DNA of 55,445 nt, taken from a virus. Taxonomy: Duplodnaviria > Caudoviricetes. Positions 1 through 9,855 of this stretch are shown here, in pieces (the first letter of the stretch is position 1; every line of letters starts with the position of its first letter). The translations under genes and the position numbers were made by a program. Location of the stretch: positions 1 to 55,445 of the IMG/VR virus record IMGVR_UViG_3300047407_000019, one strand, 5' to 3'. The notes below the pieces were generated by a model. It was not told where the DNA came from. It worked only from the letters and a program-made list of their open reading frames with translations, and did no database searches.

Positions 1-1
1 T

Positions 2-490
2 GTGTCTTTGATCAACACCGCTCATCCCATCGTGAATGGTACTTTCAGCAATCAGTTGGCCACCGCCGCTGTTCTGTCCCAGACCTCTCTGGAACAGATG
101 CTGATTCAAGTCCGTCAAGCTGTCGACAACAACGGCAAGAAGATCCGTTTGGTGCCCCGTCAATTGATCGTGGCTCCTGGCAACATCTTCCAAGCTGAAG
201 TTCTGTTGAAATCAGTTCTGCGTACTGGCAACGCCAACAACGACATCAACCCCGTCAAGTCGATTGGCTTGTTGGACGAAGGTGCCGCAGTGTTGTCGCG
301 TTTGACCAGCGCCACCGCATGGTGGGTGCAGACTGATGCTCCTGAAGGCTTCAAGCTGTTAATGCGTCGTCGCCTTGAGAAGACCATGGAAGGGGACTTT
401 GAAACCGACACCATGCGGTACAAAGCCACTGAGCGTTACGACATCGGTTTCACCGATCCTCGTTGCGCCTATGGAACTCCTGGCGTGTAA
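2..490 (+). CDS. Major capsid protein, C-terminal part (5' truncated by window edge)
   Basis: Motifs PRQLIVAP, NDINP, GDFETDTMRYKATERY..GFTDPR..YGTPG typical of Mu gpT-like/HK97-fold capsids; followed by a UUCG hairpin. Confidence 0.88.
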   Translation: MSLINTAHPIVNGTFSNQLATAAVLSQTSLEQMLIQVRQAVDNNGKKIRLVPRQLIVAPGNIFQAEVLLKSVLRTGNANNDINPVKSIGLLDEGAAVLSRLTSATAWWVQTDAPEGFKLLMRRRLEKTMEGDFETDTMRYKATERYDIGFTDPRCAYGTPGV

Positions 491-496
491 ATCTGT

Positions 497-512
497 GGGG
501 GCTTCGGCCCCT
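497..512 (+). terminator. GC-rich UUCG hairpin after capsid gene (weak terminator or mRNA stabiliser)
   Basis: GGGGGC-TTCG-GCCCCT; lacks a U-tract. Confidence 0.55.
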
Positions 513-531
513 ACTCTACAAGGAGTAAAAC

Positions 532-966
532 ATGGCATCTAATTCGACGGTCTTCAATTCCCTTGCAACTGCCACAGTGCAACCAGGTGGTGCTTCTGCA
601 TCAAATTTGGGTTTGGTTACTTCTAACCAAAACACAAACATCACTTATGGCGCAAACGGATCGACCACCACGATTTGTACCATTCCTGCGGGTGCTCAGA
701 TTTTGTTCATCAATATTGATGTGACAACTGCATTCAATGCTGGTACTACCAACACCGTTTCTATTGGTACCTCAGGTTCGGCAACACAATTTGTGTCTGC
801 CACTTCTGTTGGTGCTACTGGACGTGCTTCAGTTGCTACCACTGGTAACTATGCAAACTGGGTCAATGTCGGTACTTCTGACGTGACCATTATTGCAACG
901 TACAACCAGACTGGCACTGCGGCATCTGCAGGTGCTGCCACCATCACGGTCGTTTACGACTTCTAA
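532..966 (+). CDS. Virion structural protein, probable capsid decoration/cement protein
   Basis: RBS AAGGAG; beta-rich T/G/A sequence (TIPAGAQI..I.IDVTTAFNAGT); directly after the capsid gene. Confidence 0.65.
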   Translation: MASNSTVFNSLATATVQPGGASASNLGLVTSNQNTNITYGANGSTTTICTIPAGAQILFINIDVTTAFNAGTTNTVSIGTSGSATQFVSATSVGATGRASVATTGNYANWVNVGTSDVTIIATYNQTGTAASAGAATITVVYDF

Positions 967-979
967 AAGGAGAATCACC

Positions 980-2479
980 ATGAGTGAATTCAAACCTATG
1001 GTGAAGATGTACACCGATGAGCCTTCAGTTATTCTGAAACTCAAAAAAGGTGGCAAGGTACATCACAAGGCTCACCACAAAGAGCATGAAGAGCATGGCC
1101 ACAAAGCTATGCATCATGTCACTGGTGGACATATGCACGGTGCACACCATGCATTTGAGTCTGAGCATGGCAAGTCTCCCAAAAAGCCTTCCATGCATGA
1201 GCGCCACAAGGCGATGAACCCCAACCTATACGCCAAGGGTGGCAAGGTTCATCATAAGCTAGACGGTGGTGCCATGCCTGCCGCGCCCATGGCGCCTATG
1301 GCTCGTCCTGCTTTGGCTGGAATGGCTCCTGCCGCTCGCATGGCTCGTGCCGCCGCTGTTCGTCGTGCCTTGACTGGCATGAAGAAGGGTGGTTCTGCGG
1401 GTATGGAGAAGCACATCGAAAAGCTGGAGAAAGAACTTCATCACCATGAAGCTCTGGACATGGCGCATGCCCACCATAAAAAGCATGGTGGCAAAATGCA
1501 TCACAAGGCTGACGGTGGAGCTATTGACAAGGCTGAGACCAAAACCACGATCAAGGGCAATGCAAAGAAATTTGAGAAGTCCATGGTTGTGGATGGTAAT
1601 CACCATGACAAGACTCACGGCACTGGTGAAATCCATGAAGGCAAACCCGGTGGTTACAAGCATGGCGGTCATGCCAAGCATCACAAGGCAACTGGTGGTG
1701 AAATTCCCGCTGACACTCATGAGTCCAAAAACAAGGCCAAATCGGTCATGGGCGGTACTCTTGAGGACAACGAGAAAGACTACGTTGAGACTGAGATGCA
1801 CAGTGCCAAGGCTGACAAAGCTCATGGTACTAGCGGTGTGCACATGGCCAATGCTGGTGGCTTCAAACATGGTGGTCACACTAAGCACCACAAGATGCAC
1901 CACAAGGCATCTGGCGGTGCGATTCCCGCGGCGACCCAAAAGTCAAAGCGTGAAGACCATCTTAAGGGTGACACCTATGAAGGTGGTGCTTGGGAAAACC
2001 GTCCGGCTGACACCTCAACTGCAGGCGTGAAGGGCACTAAGACTGGTGAAGTCAAAGAGTCCAATGCAGGTGGTTTCAAGCATGGAGGTCATGCCTCAAA
2101 AAAGCACTACGCCACGGGGGGAAATGTTATTGATGATGGGAAAGCGGTGAAATATCCGCCCCGCATCAAGCATGCTCCCGTGGCAAACACCATGCAGTCT
2201 GGCACATACAAGCGTGGCGGCAAAGTGAAACACCGTGCAGACGGTGGGTCGTCGGGCGATCCGATCATTGATCGTGAAACCCGACGCATGGAAGCCGAAC
2301 GTGAAGCTGAGAGGCGCAGTAATGAGGCGATGCGTGACACCATCCTTGGTGCTCCTGCTCGAGCTTACAACGCTATCAAAGGCATGTTTGGGTCAAGCAC
2401 ACCTCCTGCTGGGAGCGTGACAAAGACTGAAAAGTCTACGACTGTCACACCCAGCCGGAAGCGTGGTGGTAGGTGCTGA
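980..2479 (+). CDS. His/Lys-rich repetitive head-associated protein with many xxGG motifs
   Basis: AAGGAG upstream of ATG 980 (preferred over 893); repeated KKGG/KHGG/ADGG/ATGG/KRGG. Confidence 0.75.
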   Translation: MSEFKPMVKMYTDEPSVILKLKKGGKVHHKAHHKEHEEHGHKAMHHVTGGHMHGAHHAFESEHGKSPKKPSMHERHKAMNPNLYAKGGKVHHKLDGGAMPAAPMAPMARPALAGMAPAARMARAAAVRRALTGMKKGGSAGMEKHIEKLEKELHHHEALDMAHAHHKKHGGKMHHKADGGAIDKAETKTTIKGNAKKFEKSMVVDGNHHDKTHGTGEIHEGKPGGYKHGGHAKHHKATGGEIPADTHESKNKAKSVMGGTLEDNEKDYVETEMHSAKADKAHGTSGVHMANAGGFKHGGHTKHHKMHHKASGGAIPAATQKSKREDHLKGDTYEGGAWENRPADTSTAGVKGTKTGEVKESNAGGFKHGGHASKKHYATGGNVIDDGKAVKYPPRIKHAPVANTMQSGTYKRGGKVKHRADGGSSGDPIIDRETRRMEAEREAERRSNEAMRDTILGAPARAYNAIKGMFGSSTPPAGSVTKTEKSTTVTPSRKRGGRC

Positions 2480-2484
2480 AATCA

Positions 2485-2512
2485 GGCGGGGGCTTCGGCT
2501 CCCGTCTTCTTT
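2485..2512 (+). terminator. Rho-independent terminator
   Basis: GGCGGGGGC-TTCG-GCTCCCGTC followed by TTCTTT. Confidence 0.7.
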
Positions 2513-2524
2513 AAAGGTTGAAAC

Positions 2525-2830
2525 ATGAAACCTCAAGTTTATAGCCAAACGGGCGCTGGAACGACTAGCTCGTTTGTAGTGAACACCAATGCAACTCCTG
2601 TGAACATTGGAATTGCTGTGGTGGTGAGTGGTACTGTGAACTACACGGTTCAGCACACTTATGATTCTCCACAATCAGGTTTTACGACTTGGTTTAATGA
2701 TGCCACTTTGGCGGCTCAGACTGCCACTGGGCAAACAAGCATTACTTATCCCATTACTGGTTTGCAATTGGTTGTGAATTCGGGAACTGGGACTGCAACG
2801 ATGACTGTTGTGCAAGCTGGCATTGCATGA
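2525..2830 (+). CDS. Small beta-rich virion protein
   Basis: 101-aa ORF in the structural operon; VNYTVQHTYD motif. Confidence 0.65.
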   Translation: MKPQVYSQTGAGTTSSFVVNTNATPVNIGIAVVVSGTVNYTVQHTYDSPQSGFTTWFNDATLAAQTATGQTSITYPITGLQLVVNSGTGTATMTVVQAGIA

Positions 2831-2838
2831 GGTGAATC

Positions 2839-3357
2839 ATGCCTCTCATCAAATCCAAATCAGACAAGGCCTTTAAATCTAACATAAAGGCTGAAATCCA
2901 TGCTGGAAAGCCCCAGAAACAAGCTGTGGCGATTGCATATGCTGTCAAGAGAAAAGCGCCCAAAAAGGCTTCTGGTGGCTCTATGAGCCCTCATGACTAT
3001 GACAGTGATGTTGACTACTACAGTGCCACGAGCAGGCCTCATGCCGCCATGGAAGCGGCCGAGGATGTTGAGCCTCACTCATACAAGAAAAAAACGTATG
3101 AAAAGGCAGAACGCCAACTCAAGACTGAGCGGGAACTGAAAAAGCGTGGTGCTACTGAAGAGGCCAAGAAACTTCAGGGTCGCCGAGTGCGTCGTGGTCA
3201 AGATGAAAGTTTGCAGAGTGCCGCTCGAGCATTCAAACATCTTGGTGATGATGAGGGTGTTCAGAGTTCTCGGCAAGACTGGGAGCGCAAGATGAACAAG
3301 CCTGGGAAGAAATATGCATTTGCACCCTTCAAAAAGGGTGGAAAGGTGTGCTGGTAA
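2839..3357 (+). CDS. Basic head-associated protein (DUF6496-like N-terminus)
   Basis: MPLIKSKS..AFKSNIKAE..AGKPQKQAVAIAY phage motif; RBS GAGGTG; ASGG and KKGG motifs. Confidence 0.7.
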   Translation: MPLIKSKSDKAFKSNIKAEIHAGKPQKQAVAIAYAVKRKAPKKASGGSMSPHDYDSDVDYYSATSRPHAAMEAAEDVEPHSYKKKTYEKAERQLKTERELKKRGATEEAKKLQGRRVRRGQDESLQSAARAFKHLGDDEGVQSSRQDWERKMNKPGKKYAFAPFKKGGKVCW

Positions 3358-3749
3358 TGAAAGATGGACTCTATGCCAACATCCACCGAAAGCAGGAGCG
3401 AATTGCTCATGGATCAGGTGAAAAAATGCGAAAGCCTGGAAGCAAGGGTGCACCCACTGCCGAGGCTTTCCGAGAGTCTGCCAAAACTGCCAAGCACAAA
3501 GAGGGTGGTCCCTCCCTCGCTGTTGGTCGTGGGGAGAAATTACCGGTCTCTAAGGGTGCTGGTTTGACTGAAAAGGGTCGAGCCAAGTACAACCGTGAGA
3601 CTGGATCGCATTTGAAGGCACCTCAACCTCAAGGGGGGTCGAGAAAAGATTCATTTTGCGCCAGAATGTCGGGTGTGGTGAGTCACTCGAAAGGCGATGC
3701 AGAACGTGCCAAGGCTTCTTTGAAGCGTTGGAAATGTCCAGGCTGGTAG
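3357..3749 (+). CDS. Basic phage protein (DUF6321-like)
   Basis: GLYANIH.K..RI..GSGEKMRKPG and AGLT.KGRAKYNRETGS.LKAPQP.GGSRK.SFCARM...SLKRWKC motifs; ATG overlaps the upstream TAA. Confidence 0.75.
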   Translation: MKDGLYANIHRKQERIAHGSGEKMRKPGSKGAPTAEAFRESAKTAKHKEGGPSLAVGRGEKLPVSKGAGLTEKGRAKYNRETGSHLKAPQPQGGSRKDSFCARMSGVVSHSKGDAERAKASLKRWKCPGW

Positions 3750-3767
3750 AGTGGAAGCGCTTCCACT
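3750..3767. repeat. Palindrome copy 1 (intergenic, 18-bp perfect AGTGGAAGCGCTTCCACT)
   Basis: Read directly from the sequence. Confidence 0.95.
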
Positions 3768-3790
3768 AAATACAGTTTGCAGGAGTACTT

Positions 3791-4861
3791 ATGGCATACA
3801 GCGGGACAGTCGGCACCACGGTAGTAACCGTGCAAAATTTTATAGATCAGGGTGCTCGGTTGTCGGGCAAACTGGCTGAAGAACTGACTGTCGAGCAGGT
3901 TCAGGCGTCCAAGCAAGCATTGTTCTTCACCCTCAGCAACCTGATCAATCAGGGCATCAACTACTGGGCGATCAACAAGAAGGTCTATGGTCTTAATCCT
4001 GACCAGTATGAGTATCTTCTTCCCTTGGGTGGTGTGGATGTGCTCAATGCTTTGTATCGGCGCATGAATCGACCAACGCCTGCCGCGGATGGTGGGTATT
4101 TTTCTTCATCAGGCATCACTGGATTGGCTTTTGACAACAATGTGTTGACATCGGACATTCAGACCGCGCCAAATGGATACATCGGGGTGAACTTTGGTCA
4201 GTTCAATCCAATCTATGCTGGGTCAATTGGCATTTTGCCTTCAGTATCTGGGTCATTTCACATTCTTTTGGAATGGTCTAGTGATGGTGTGACTTGGAAT
4301 TTGCTTGAAGACACGGGTGTCACGACTTGGGTGTCTGGCACTTGGCTTTGGTATGACATTGATCCTGGTGTGACTGCTCAGTACTACCGTATGCGTGAGA
4401 CATCTGGTAACACTTTGAGTGTTGCTGAGTTCTATGTTGGAAACAATTCCACCGAAGTCACCATGGCTCGGTTGAATCGTGATGACTACACCAACCTTCC
4501 CAACAAGAACTTCACTGCAAACCAGCCCTATCAGTACTGGTTCAACCGCACGATCCCGCAGGCAACGATCACTTTGTGGCCGGCGCCGAGCGATCCATTT
4601 GTGCAAATGACCATTTGGTACTCGCGCCAGATCATGGATGTAGGTGATTTGAGTGGGCAACTTGAGATTCCACAGCGTTGGAATCAGGCTATTCAACTGA
4701 TGTTGGCTCATCAGATGAGCATGATCCTGCCTGCGGTTGATTTGGCGCGCATTCAGTACCTTGAGGGGCAGGCTGAGAAGTACTTCATCATGGCAGAGAA
4801 TGAAGAACGTGATCGTTCGCCAATTTATTTTGCTCCGAACATCAGCGTTTATACGAGGTAA
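3791..4861 (+). CDS. Head-tail adaptor/tail protein with inserted carbohydrate-binding-like domain
   Basis: RBS AGGAG; N.GINYW, RDDY.NLPNK, LWPAP, EERDR motifs seen in podophage neck proteins. Confidence 0.6.
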   Translation: MAYSGTVGTTVVTVQNFIDQGARLSGKLAEELTVEQVQASKQALFFTLSNLINQGINYWAINKKVYGLNPDQYEYLLPLGGVDVLNALYRRMNRPTPAADGGYFSSSGITGLAFDNNVLTSDIQTAPNGYIGVNFGQFNPIYAGSIGILPSVSGSFHILLEWSSDGVTWNLLEDTGVTTWVSGTWLWYDIDPGVTAQYYRMRETSGNTLSVAEFYVGNNSTEVTMARLNRDDYTNLPNKNFTANQPYQYWFNRTIPQATITLWPAPSDPFVQMTIWYSRQIMDVGDLSGQLEIPQRWNQAIQLMLAHQMSMILPAVDLARIQYLEGQAEKYFIMAENEERDRSPIYFAPNISVYTR

Positions 4862-4864
4862 CAC

Positions 4865-5203
4865 ATGCCTCGTTTTCTGAACACCGAAGGCAATGCAGTA
4901 ATTGCAATCTTCATTTGCGACCGTTGTCGCATGAAGAGACCAATTATTCAAGCCATGCCTGATCCCAATTTTCCTGGGCTCAAGGTGTGTCAACAGGGGT
5001 GTGCTGATGAGAAGGACCCCTATCGTTTGCCTGCCAGGAAGACTGAGCGCATCACATTGCAATTTCCGCGGCCTGATGTCAGTGTGGCAGTCAATCCGAA
5101 TGACATATCTGTGTCACCATATGGTGGTGCACTGAGCACTGAGCAAAGTGGACAAGTCCCTGTGACTGATGGAAACAACCAAACCTTAAAGATTCAGCCC
5201 TGA
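4865..5203 (+). CDS. Zn-finger phage protein
   Basis: CDRC...C.QGC; DPYRLPAR.TE.I.L.FPRPD. Confidence 0.7.
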   Translation: MPRFLNTEGNAVIAIFICDRCRMKRPIIQAMPDPNFPGLKVCQQGCADEKDPYRLPARKTERITLQFPRPDVSVAVNPNDISVSPYGGALSTEQSGQVPVTDGNNQTLKIQP

Positions 5204-5204
5204 T

Positions 5205-8200
5205 ATGCCACAAGCACAAGTCCAGATCACTGACTTACCCCAAGCTCTGGCGCTGACTGGCACAGAGTCAGTGCCTATTGTCCAAAATGGGGTGACTGTT
5301 CAGACCACTACTGGTGCAATATCTGGTGCTGGGGCGCTAAACTACCCATTTTTGACCGTTGGTTCGACTGTAGGACTGACGCAAGCTCGTTATTTGGCTA
5401 CTGGAACTGGGTTATCACTGACTGACAATGGTGCAGGATCAACCTTGCAGGTCAAATTGACGGGTGCGGCGCTGTCTTTGGATGGTTCGGGGACTGGAAT
5501 TCAGGTCAAAACTGATGCAAATACATTGACACCTCGGCAAATAGCCGTGGGGACAGGTATGACAGTCTCAAATCCCGATGGAGTTGCGGGAAATCCGACT
5601 ATTGGACTCAATACCAACCTCCAAAACCTGTCTTCATTGTCTGGAACAGGTCTTTTGACCATCAATGGGACAACTTTTAGCCAGACAAGCATCAATGGGA
5701 CGACCGATCAGATTTCTGTTGCAAGTGGAAACGCTTCCACTGGTGCACCAACCATAGGTATTGCCTCCAATCCTGTTCTACCAGGCACCAGTAGTGTTGT
5801 TTTACCTCAAGGAACGACTGCACAAAGGGGTTTGCCGGGTTATGGAGCACTGAGATACAACACAGATACAGCGACTCTGGAGGCTTACACCCTGTATGGA
5901 TGGGGTGCAATCATCTCTGGTTCAGGTGTCGTCAATTTTAGTGCTGGAACTACAGGTTTAACACCATCTTCACTTACAACTGGAAGTATTGTTTTAGGTG
6001 GAACATTAAATGTAGACAGTGGTGGTACTGGTGCAAATTCTTTGACTGGATATGTCATAGGAAATGGCGTTAGTGCATTCACTGCATCCACGACAATTCC
6101 GACAACTGATTTGTCAGGAACAATCACCAATGCACAATTGACAAATAGTTCATTGACTGTCAATGGCGTCAATATATCTTTGGGTGGTTCTGGAACCATT
6201 ACTTCCACCACATCAAACCCATTGACCATAGGCACTGGGTTGAGTGGCACAAGCTACGATGGTTCAACTCCAGTCACCATTGCAATTGATTCAACGGTTG
6301 CCACTTTGACTGGAATCCAGACTCTGACCAACAAATCAATGTCGGGGTCTTCCAATACATTCACGAGCATCCCCAACTCTGCACTGACCAACAATAGCGT
6401 TACCTATAACGGTGTGAATGTGGCCTTGGGCGGTTCTGGGACGATTACTGCCAACACCACGAATGCTTTGAGTGTTGGCACAGGTCTCACAATGACCCCT
6501 GGAGCCTCGTTCAATGGTTCTGCGGCTCAATCCATCAGTATTTCTAATACTGGGGTTACTGCGGGTACCTATGGGTCATCAACAGCCATTCCGACAGTAG
6601 TTGTCAATGCTCAGGGTCAGATCACCTCAATCAGCACCAGTCCTTTGAATTCCCCTGCCTATCAGGGGACATGGAATGCGTCGACAAACACGCCGACGCT
6701 GACCTCGAGCGTGGGGACAAACAACAACTACTACATCGTCTCAACGGCAGGTACAACGAGTCTGAATGGTATTGCTCTGTGGTCTGTGGGTGACTGGGTC
6801 ATCTTCAACGGGACAACCAGCGCATGGCAAAAGATTGATGGATCAACTTCAGAAGCCTTCAATAGCATTACAGTGACGGGTCTGACGGGTTACATGTATG
6901 CCAACGGCTCAAGCGCCGTCACGGCCTCTACAACAATTCCCACAACTGCACTAAGTGGAACAATCACAAATGCACAGTTGGCAAATAGCACAATTTCTGG
7001 AGTTTCTCTTGGTGGAAATCTTTTTAACCTGACGGCGGGTTCTGGGGTTTCTTTCAGCAGTGGGACAACTTATAACGGATCAGCCGCCATCACAATCAAT
7101 GCGACTGGAACGGGTGGAACAGTAACTAGCATCACTGCGGGAACAGGATTAAGTGGTGGAACCATCACAACATCAGGCACTATTGCAATTGCAAATACTG
7201 CTGTCACGGCTGGATCGTATGGTTCAGCAAGTTCTGTTGGAACATTTACAGTCAATGCACAAGGTCAATTGACGGCGGCGGCAACGACTGCAATTGCCAT
7301 CAATGGCAATCAGATTACTTCTGGTACTGTTGGATCGTCATACATCAGTGGGTCTTACACAGGCATTACAGGCGTTGGAACGTTAACCGCTGGTACATGG
7401 AATGCCTCCACAATTGGAGTGCCATATGGTGGTACAGGTTTAACAAGTTTGACGGCTGGGTCTTTGCTGTATGGCAATGGCACCTCTGCCATGAATACCT
7501 TGCCAATTGGCACCAATGGGTACGTTCTTACATCAAATGGAACAGCCCCGACTTGGACTGCCTTGTCAGGGATTGGTGTGACATCCTTTAGTGCAGGGAC
7601 AACTGGTTTGACGCCAAGTTCTGCAACCACAGGTGCAATCACTTTGGGTGGCACTTTGGGAATTTCCAATGGTGGAACTAATGGAACTGCAACACCAACT
7701 GCGGGTGCAATTGCTTATGGAACAGGAACGGCATATGCATTCACTGCGGCAGGTAGTGCAGGTCAGTTCTTGCAAAGCACGGGATCAGGCACTCCAACCT
7801 GGTCAACCCCATCATCAGGGTCATTCCAGCCTGCCTATTACGGCACTTTTGTCAGCACCGCAAACCAAACCAATGGTGGATCAACCACGGCAAATGCGGT
7901 CAACTTTGACACTGTGGCGTTGTCCAATGGGGTGTCAATCAGCAGTAGCAACCGCATCACATTTGCCAACGCTGGCATCTATCTGATCGCTTTTGAGTTG
8001 GCGGTCAATAACAGCACAGGATCAAATGCTTCAATCAATTGTTGGTTGGCTCAAAATGGCACAAATATCGCCAATACAACTTCTGATCTGACAATTTTGG
8101 GCGGTGCAAACCAGCCTCAATTTCTTGAACAACAGTGGATTTTGAACGTCAGCGCAGGGGACTACGTTCAGATTTACTGGTCTTCATCATCGACAAGCAT

Positions 8201-8576
8201 TAGTTTGGCATATCAGGCAGCAGCCAGTAGCCCGACCCGACCTGCAAGCCCATCGGCAACTGTCAACGTACAATTTTTGCCTCCAAGCGGGTCTAATCTG
8301 GTCATCAACTCGTCAACCACCACGGGTGGAACATCGGGTTATGTCCTTTATGACAACGCTGGCAAAGTTGGTGAAATCGCCCAATCAAGTTTGTCTGTGG
8401 GTTCAGCAACAAACGCAACAAACACGGCAATTACAGCCAACTCGACAGATACGGCTGACTATTTGACATTCGTTTCTGCTACTAGCGGTAACCTACCGCA
8501 ATTGGTAAACTCATCAATAACTGTAAACCCCAGTAAAGGCACAATTACTGGCGGTATTTCTGGGGGAACATTCTAA
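5205..8576 (+). CDS. Long tail fibre protein
   Basis: 1123 aa, T/G/S-rich, with internal repeats (FSAGTTGLTPSS, TAGxYGS..VNAQGQ, YQGTWNASTNTPTL) and a C1q/TNF-like distal region. Confidence 0.8.
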   Translation: MPQAQVQITDLPQALALTGTESVPIVQNGVTVQTTTGAISGAGALNYPFLTVGSTVGLTQARYLATGTGLSLTDNGAGSTLQVKLTGAALSLDGSGTGIQVKTDANTLTPRQIAVGTGMTVSNPDGVAGNPTIGLNTNLQNLSSLSGTGLLTINGTTFSQTSINGTTDQISVASGNASTGAPTIGIASNPVLPGTSSVVLPQGTTAQRGLPGYGALRYNTDTATLEAYTLYGWGAIISGSGVVNFSAGTTGLTPSSLTTGSIVLGGTLNVDSGGTGANSLTGYVIGNGVSAFTASTTIPTTDLSGTITNAQLTNSSLTVNGVNISLGGSGTITSTTSNPLTIGTGLSGTSYDGSTPVTIAIDSTVATLTGIQTLTNKSMSGSSNTFTSIPNSALTNNSVTYNGVNVALGGSGTITANTTNALSVGTGLTMTPGASFNGSAAQSISISNTGVTAGTYGSSTAIPTVVVNAQGQITSISTSPLNSPAYQGTWNASTNTPTLTSSVGTNNNYYIVSTAGTTSLNGIALWSVGDWVIFNGTTSAWQKIDGSTSEAFNSITVTGLTGYMYANGSSAVTASTTIPTTALSGTITNAQLANSTISGVSLGGNLFNLTAGSGVSFSSGTTYNGSAAITINATGTGGTVTSITAGTGLSGGTITTSGTIAIANTAVTAGSYGSASSVGTFTVNAQGQLTAAATTAIAINGNQITSGTVGSSYISGSYTGITGVGTLTAGTWNASTIGVPYGGTGLTSLTAGSLLYGNGTSAMNTLPIGTNGYVLTSNGTAPTWTALSGIGVTSFSAGTTGLTPSSATTGAITLGGTLGISNGGTNGTATPTAGAIAYGTGTAYAFTAAGSAGQFLQSTGSGTPTWSTPSSGSFQPAYYGTFVSTANQTNGGSTTANAVNFDTVALSNGVSISSSNRITFANAGIYLIAFELAVNNSTGSNASINCWLAQNGTNIANTTSDLTILGGANQPQFLEQQWILNVSAGDYVQIYWSSSSTSISLAYQAAASSPTRPASPSATVNVQFLPPSGSNLVINSSTTTGGTSGYVLYDNAGKVGEIAQSSLSVGSATNATNTAITANSTDTADYLTFVSATSGNLPQLVNSSITVNPSKGTITGGISGGTF
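5725..5740. repeat. Palindrome copy 2 (one mismatch, GTGGAAACGCTTCCAC)
   Basis: Inside the tail fibre gene; reads SGNAST. Confidence 0.8.
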
Positions 8577-9635
8577 ATGGCACAGTCAGGATATACACCA
8601 ATTGCGTTGTACTACAGCAGTACAACGACCAACGTGCCGTTGGCGGCAAATCTCAGCAACGGCGAACTTGCCATCAACATCACTGATGGAAAATTGTTCT
8701 ACAAAGACAACAGTGGAACTGTTCAAGTCATTGCCACAAAAACAAGTGGCCAATTTACTTGGCCTGGTGCAGGGATTCCCAACTCCACAGGTTCTGCTTG
8801 GGGCACTTCGTACTCAACAAGTGGCTCTGGTACTGTCTTGGCGCTGACTAATAGTCCAGTCTTCACAACTCCGAACCTTGGAACACCAAGCGCAGTGACG
8901 TTGACCAATGGAACGAGCTTGCCCATTTCAACTGGTGTTTCTGGACTTGGAACAGGTGTTGCCACGGCAATGGGCAATGCTATAAATACTACAGGCGGTA
9001 TTGTTACCCAATCTGGAACTCTTACCGCTAGTGCAATCCTGCTTGGTGGTGGTTCTGGTACAGCTATTTCCTCAACCACCACAGGAACAGGGGTTGTTAC
9101 CGCTATTGGTAATGCCGTGAATACCTCGGGTGGCGTGGTAACCCAATCTGGAACTTTATCGGCAAGTGCTATTTTGTTGGGTGGTGGCTCTGGTACAGCG
9201 ATCACATCCACAACCACTGGCACTGGGGTGGTTACTGCACTGGGTAACAATGCAAACGCCACAGGTGGTTTTACCACGATTGATGGCACTGCAACTCTGA
9301 CCAACAAGCGGATTGACCCCAGAGTCTCAAGCACAACATCTTCTGCGTCTGCTGTAACTCCCGACATCAGTGCATATGACATATATGCTTGGACGGCACA
9401 AGCGGCGACATTGACGATCAATGCACCTATTGGAACGCCTGTCAATGGCGACAAACTGATCTTCCGTATTTTGGACAATGGCACACCACAAACAATTTCT
9501 TGGAATGCGACCTTTACTGTAATCGGTGTGACTTTGCCAACCACGACAACGGCAAACAAGATGACTTACGTTGGTGCTATTTACAATGCTGCAAACACTC
9601 GTTGGGATGTAATTGCAGTGACCACACAATCTTGA
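8577..9635 (+). CDS. Tail fibre protein
   Basis: N-terminal GELAINITDGKLFYKD motif; 45-aa internal repeat; C-terminal GAIYNAANTRWDVIAV. Confidence 0.8.
   Translation: MAQSGYTPIALYYSSTTTNVPLAANLSNGELAINITDGKLFYKDNSGTVQVIATKTSGQFTWPGAGIPNSTGSAWGTSYSTSGSGTVLALTNSPVFTTPNLGTPSAVTLTNGTSLPISTGVSGLGTGVATAMGNAINTTGGIVTQSGTLTASAILLGGGSGTAISSTTTGTGVVTAIGNAVNTSGGVVTQSGTLSASAILLGGGSGTAITSTTTGTGVVTALGNNANATGGFTTIDGTATLTNKRIDPRVSSTTSSASAVTPDISAYDIYAWTAQAATLTINAPIGTPVNGDKLIFRILDNGTPQTISWNATFTVIGVTLPTTTTANKMTYVGAIYNAANTRWDVIAVTTQS
8973..9269 (+). repeat. 135-bp (45-aa) tandem repeat, about 2.2 copies
   Basis: Units start at 8973, 9108 and 9243 (GNA.NT.GG.VTQSGTL.ASAILLGGGSGTAI.STTTGTGVVTA). Confidence 0.85.
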
Positions 9636-9643
9636 GGTGAAAC

Positions 9644-9853
9644 ATGAAAATCGACTTTGAATTTGAAACTCAATATGGAAAATTCGCAGATGCTCTGTGG
9701 TTTCCCGATGACCAACCTGTGCCATCTGATGCTGACATTGAAGCCATGAAACAGCAAAGGTTGAACAATTGGATCGCCATCATTACTGCACCACCTATTG
9801 ATACCCCTGCTGACGTTCTTGTTGACGCTTCTGCTCCAGCACAGGGGGTGTAA
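9644..9853 (+). CDS. Small tail-fibre-associated protein (possible chaperone)
   Basis: RBS GAGGTG; located between fibre genes. Confidence 0.7.
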   Translation: MKIDFEFETQYGKFADALWFPDDQPVPSDADIEAMKQQRLNNWIAIITAPPIDTPADVLVDASAPAQGV

Positions 9854-9855
9854 GC

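Noticed and set aside
893-979. Upstream start of the His-rich ORF given in the ORF track
   Set aside because: Overlaps the previous gene; a strong RBS precedes ATG 980.
3750-3767. Palindrome as a rho-independent terminator or REP element
   Set aside because: It is a loopless perfect dyad without a U-tract, and most copies are intragenic; a protein-binding DNA site fits better.
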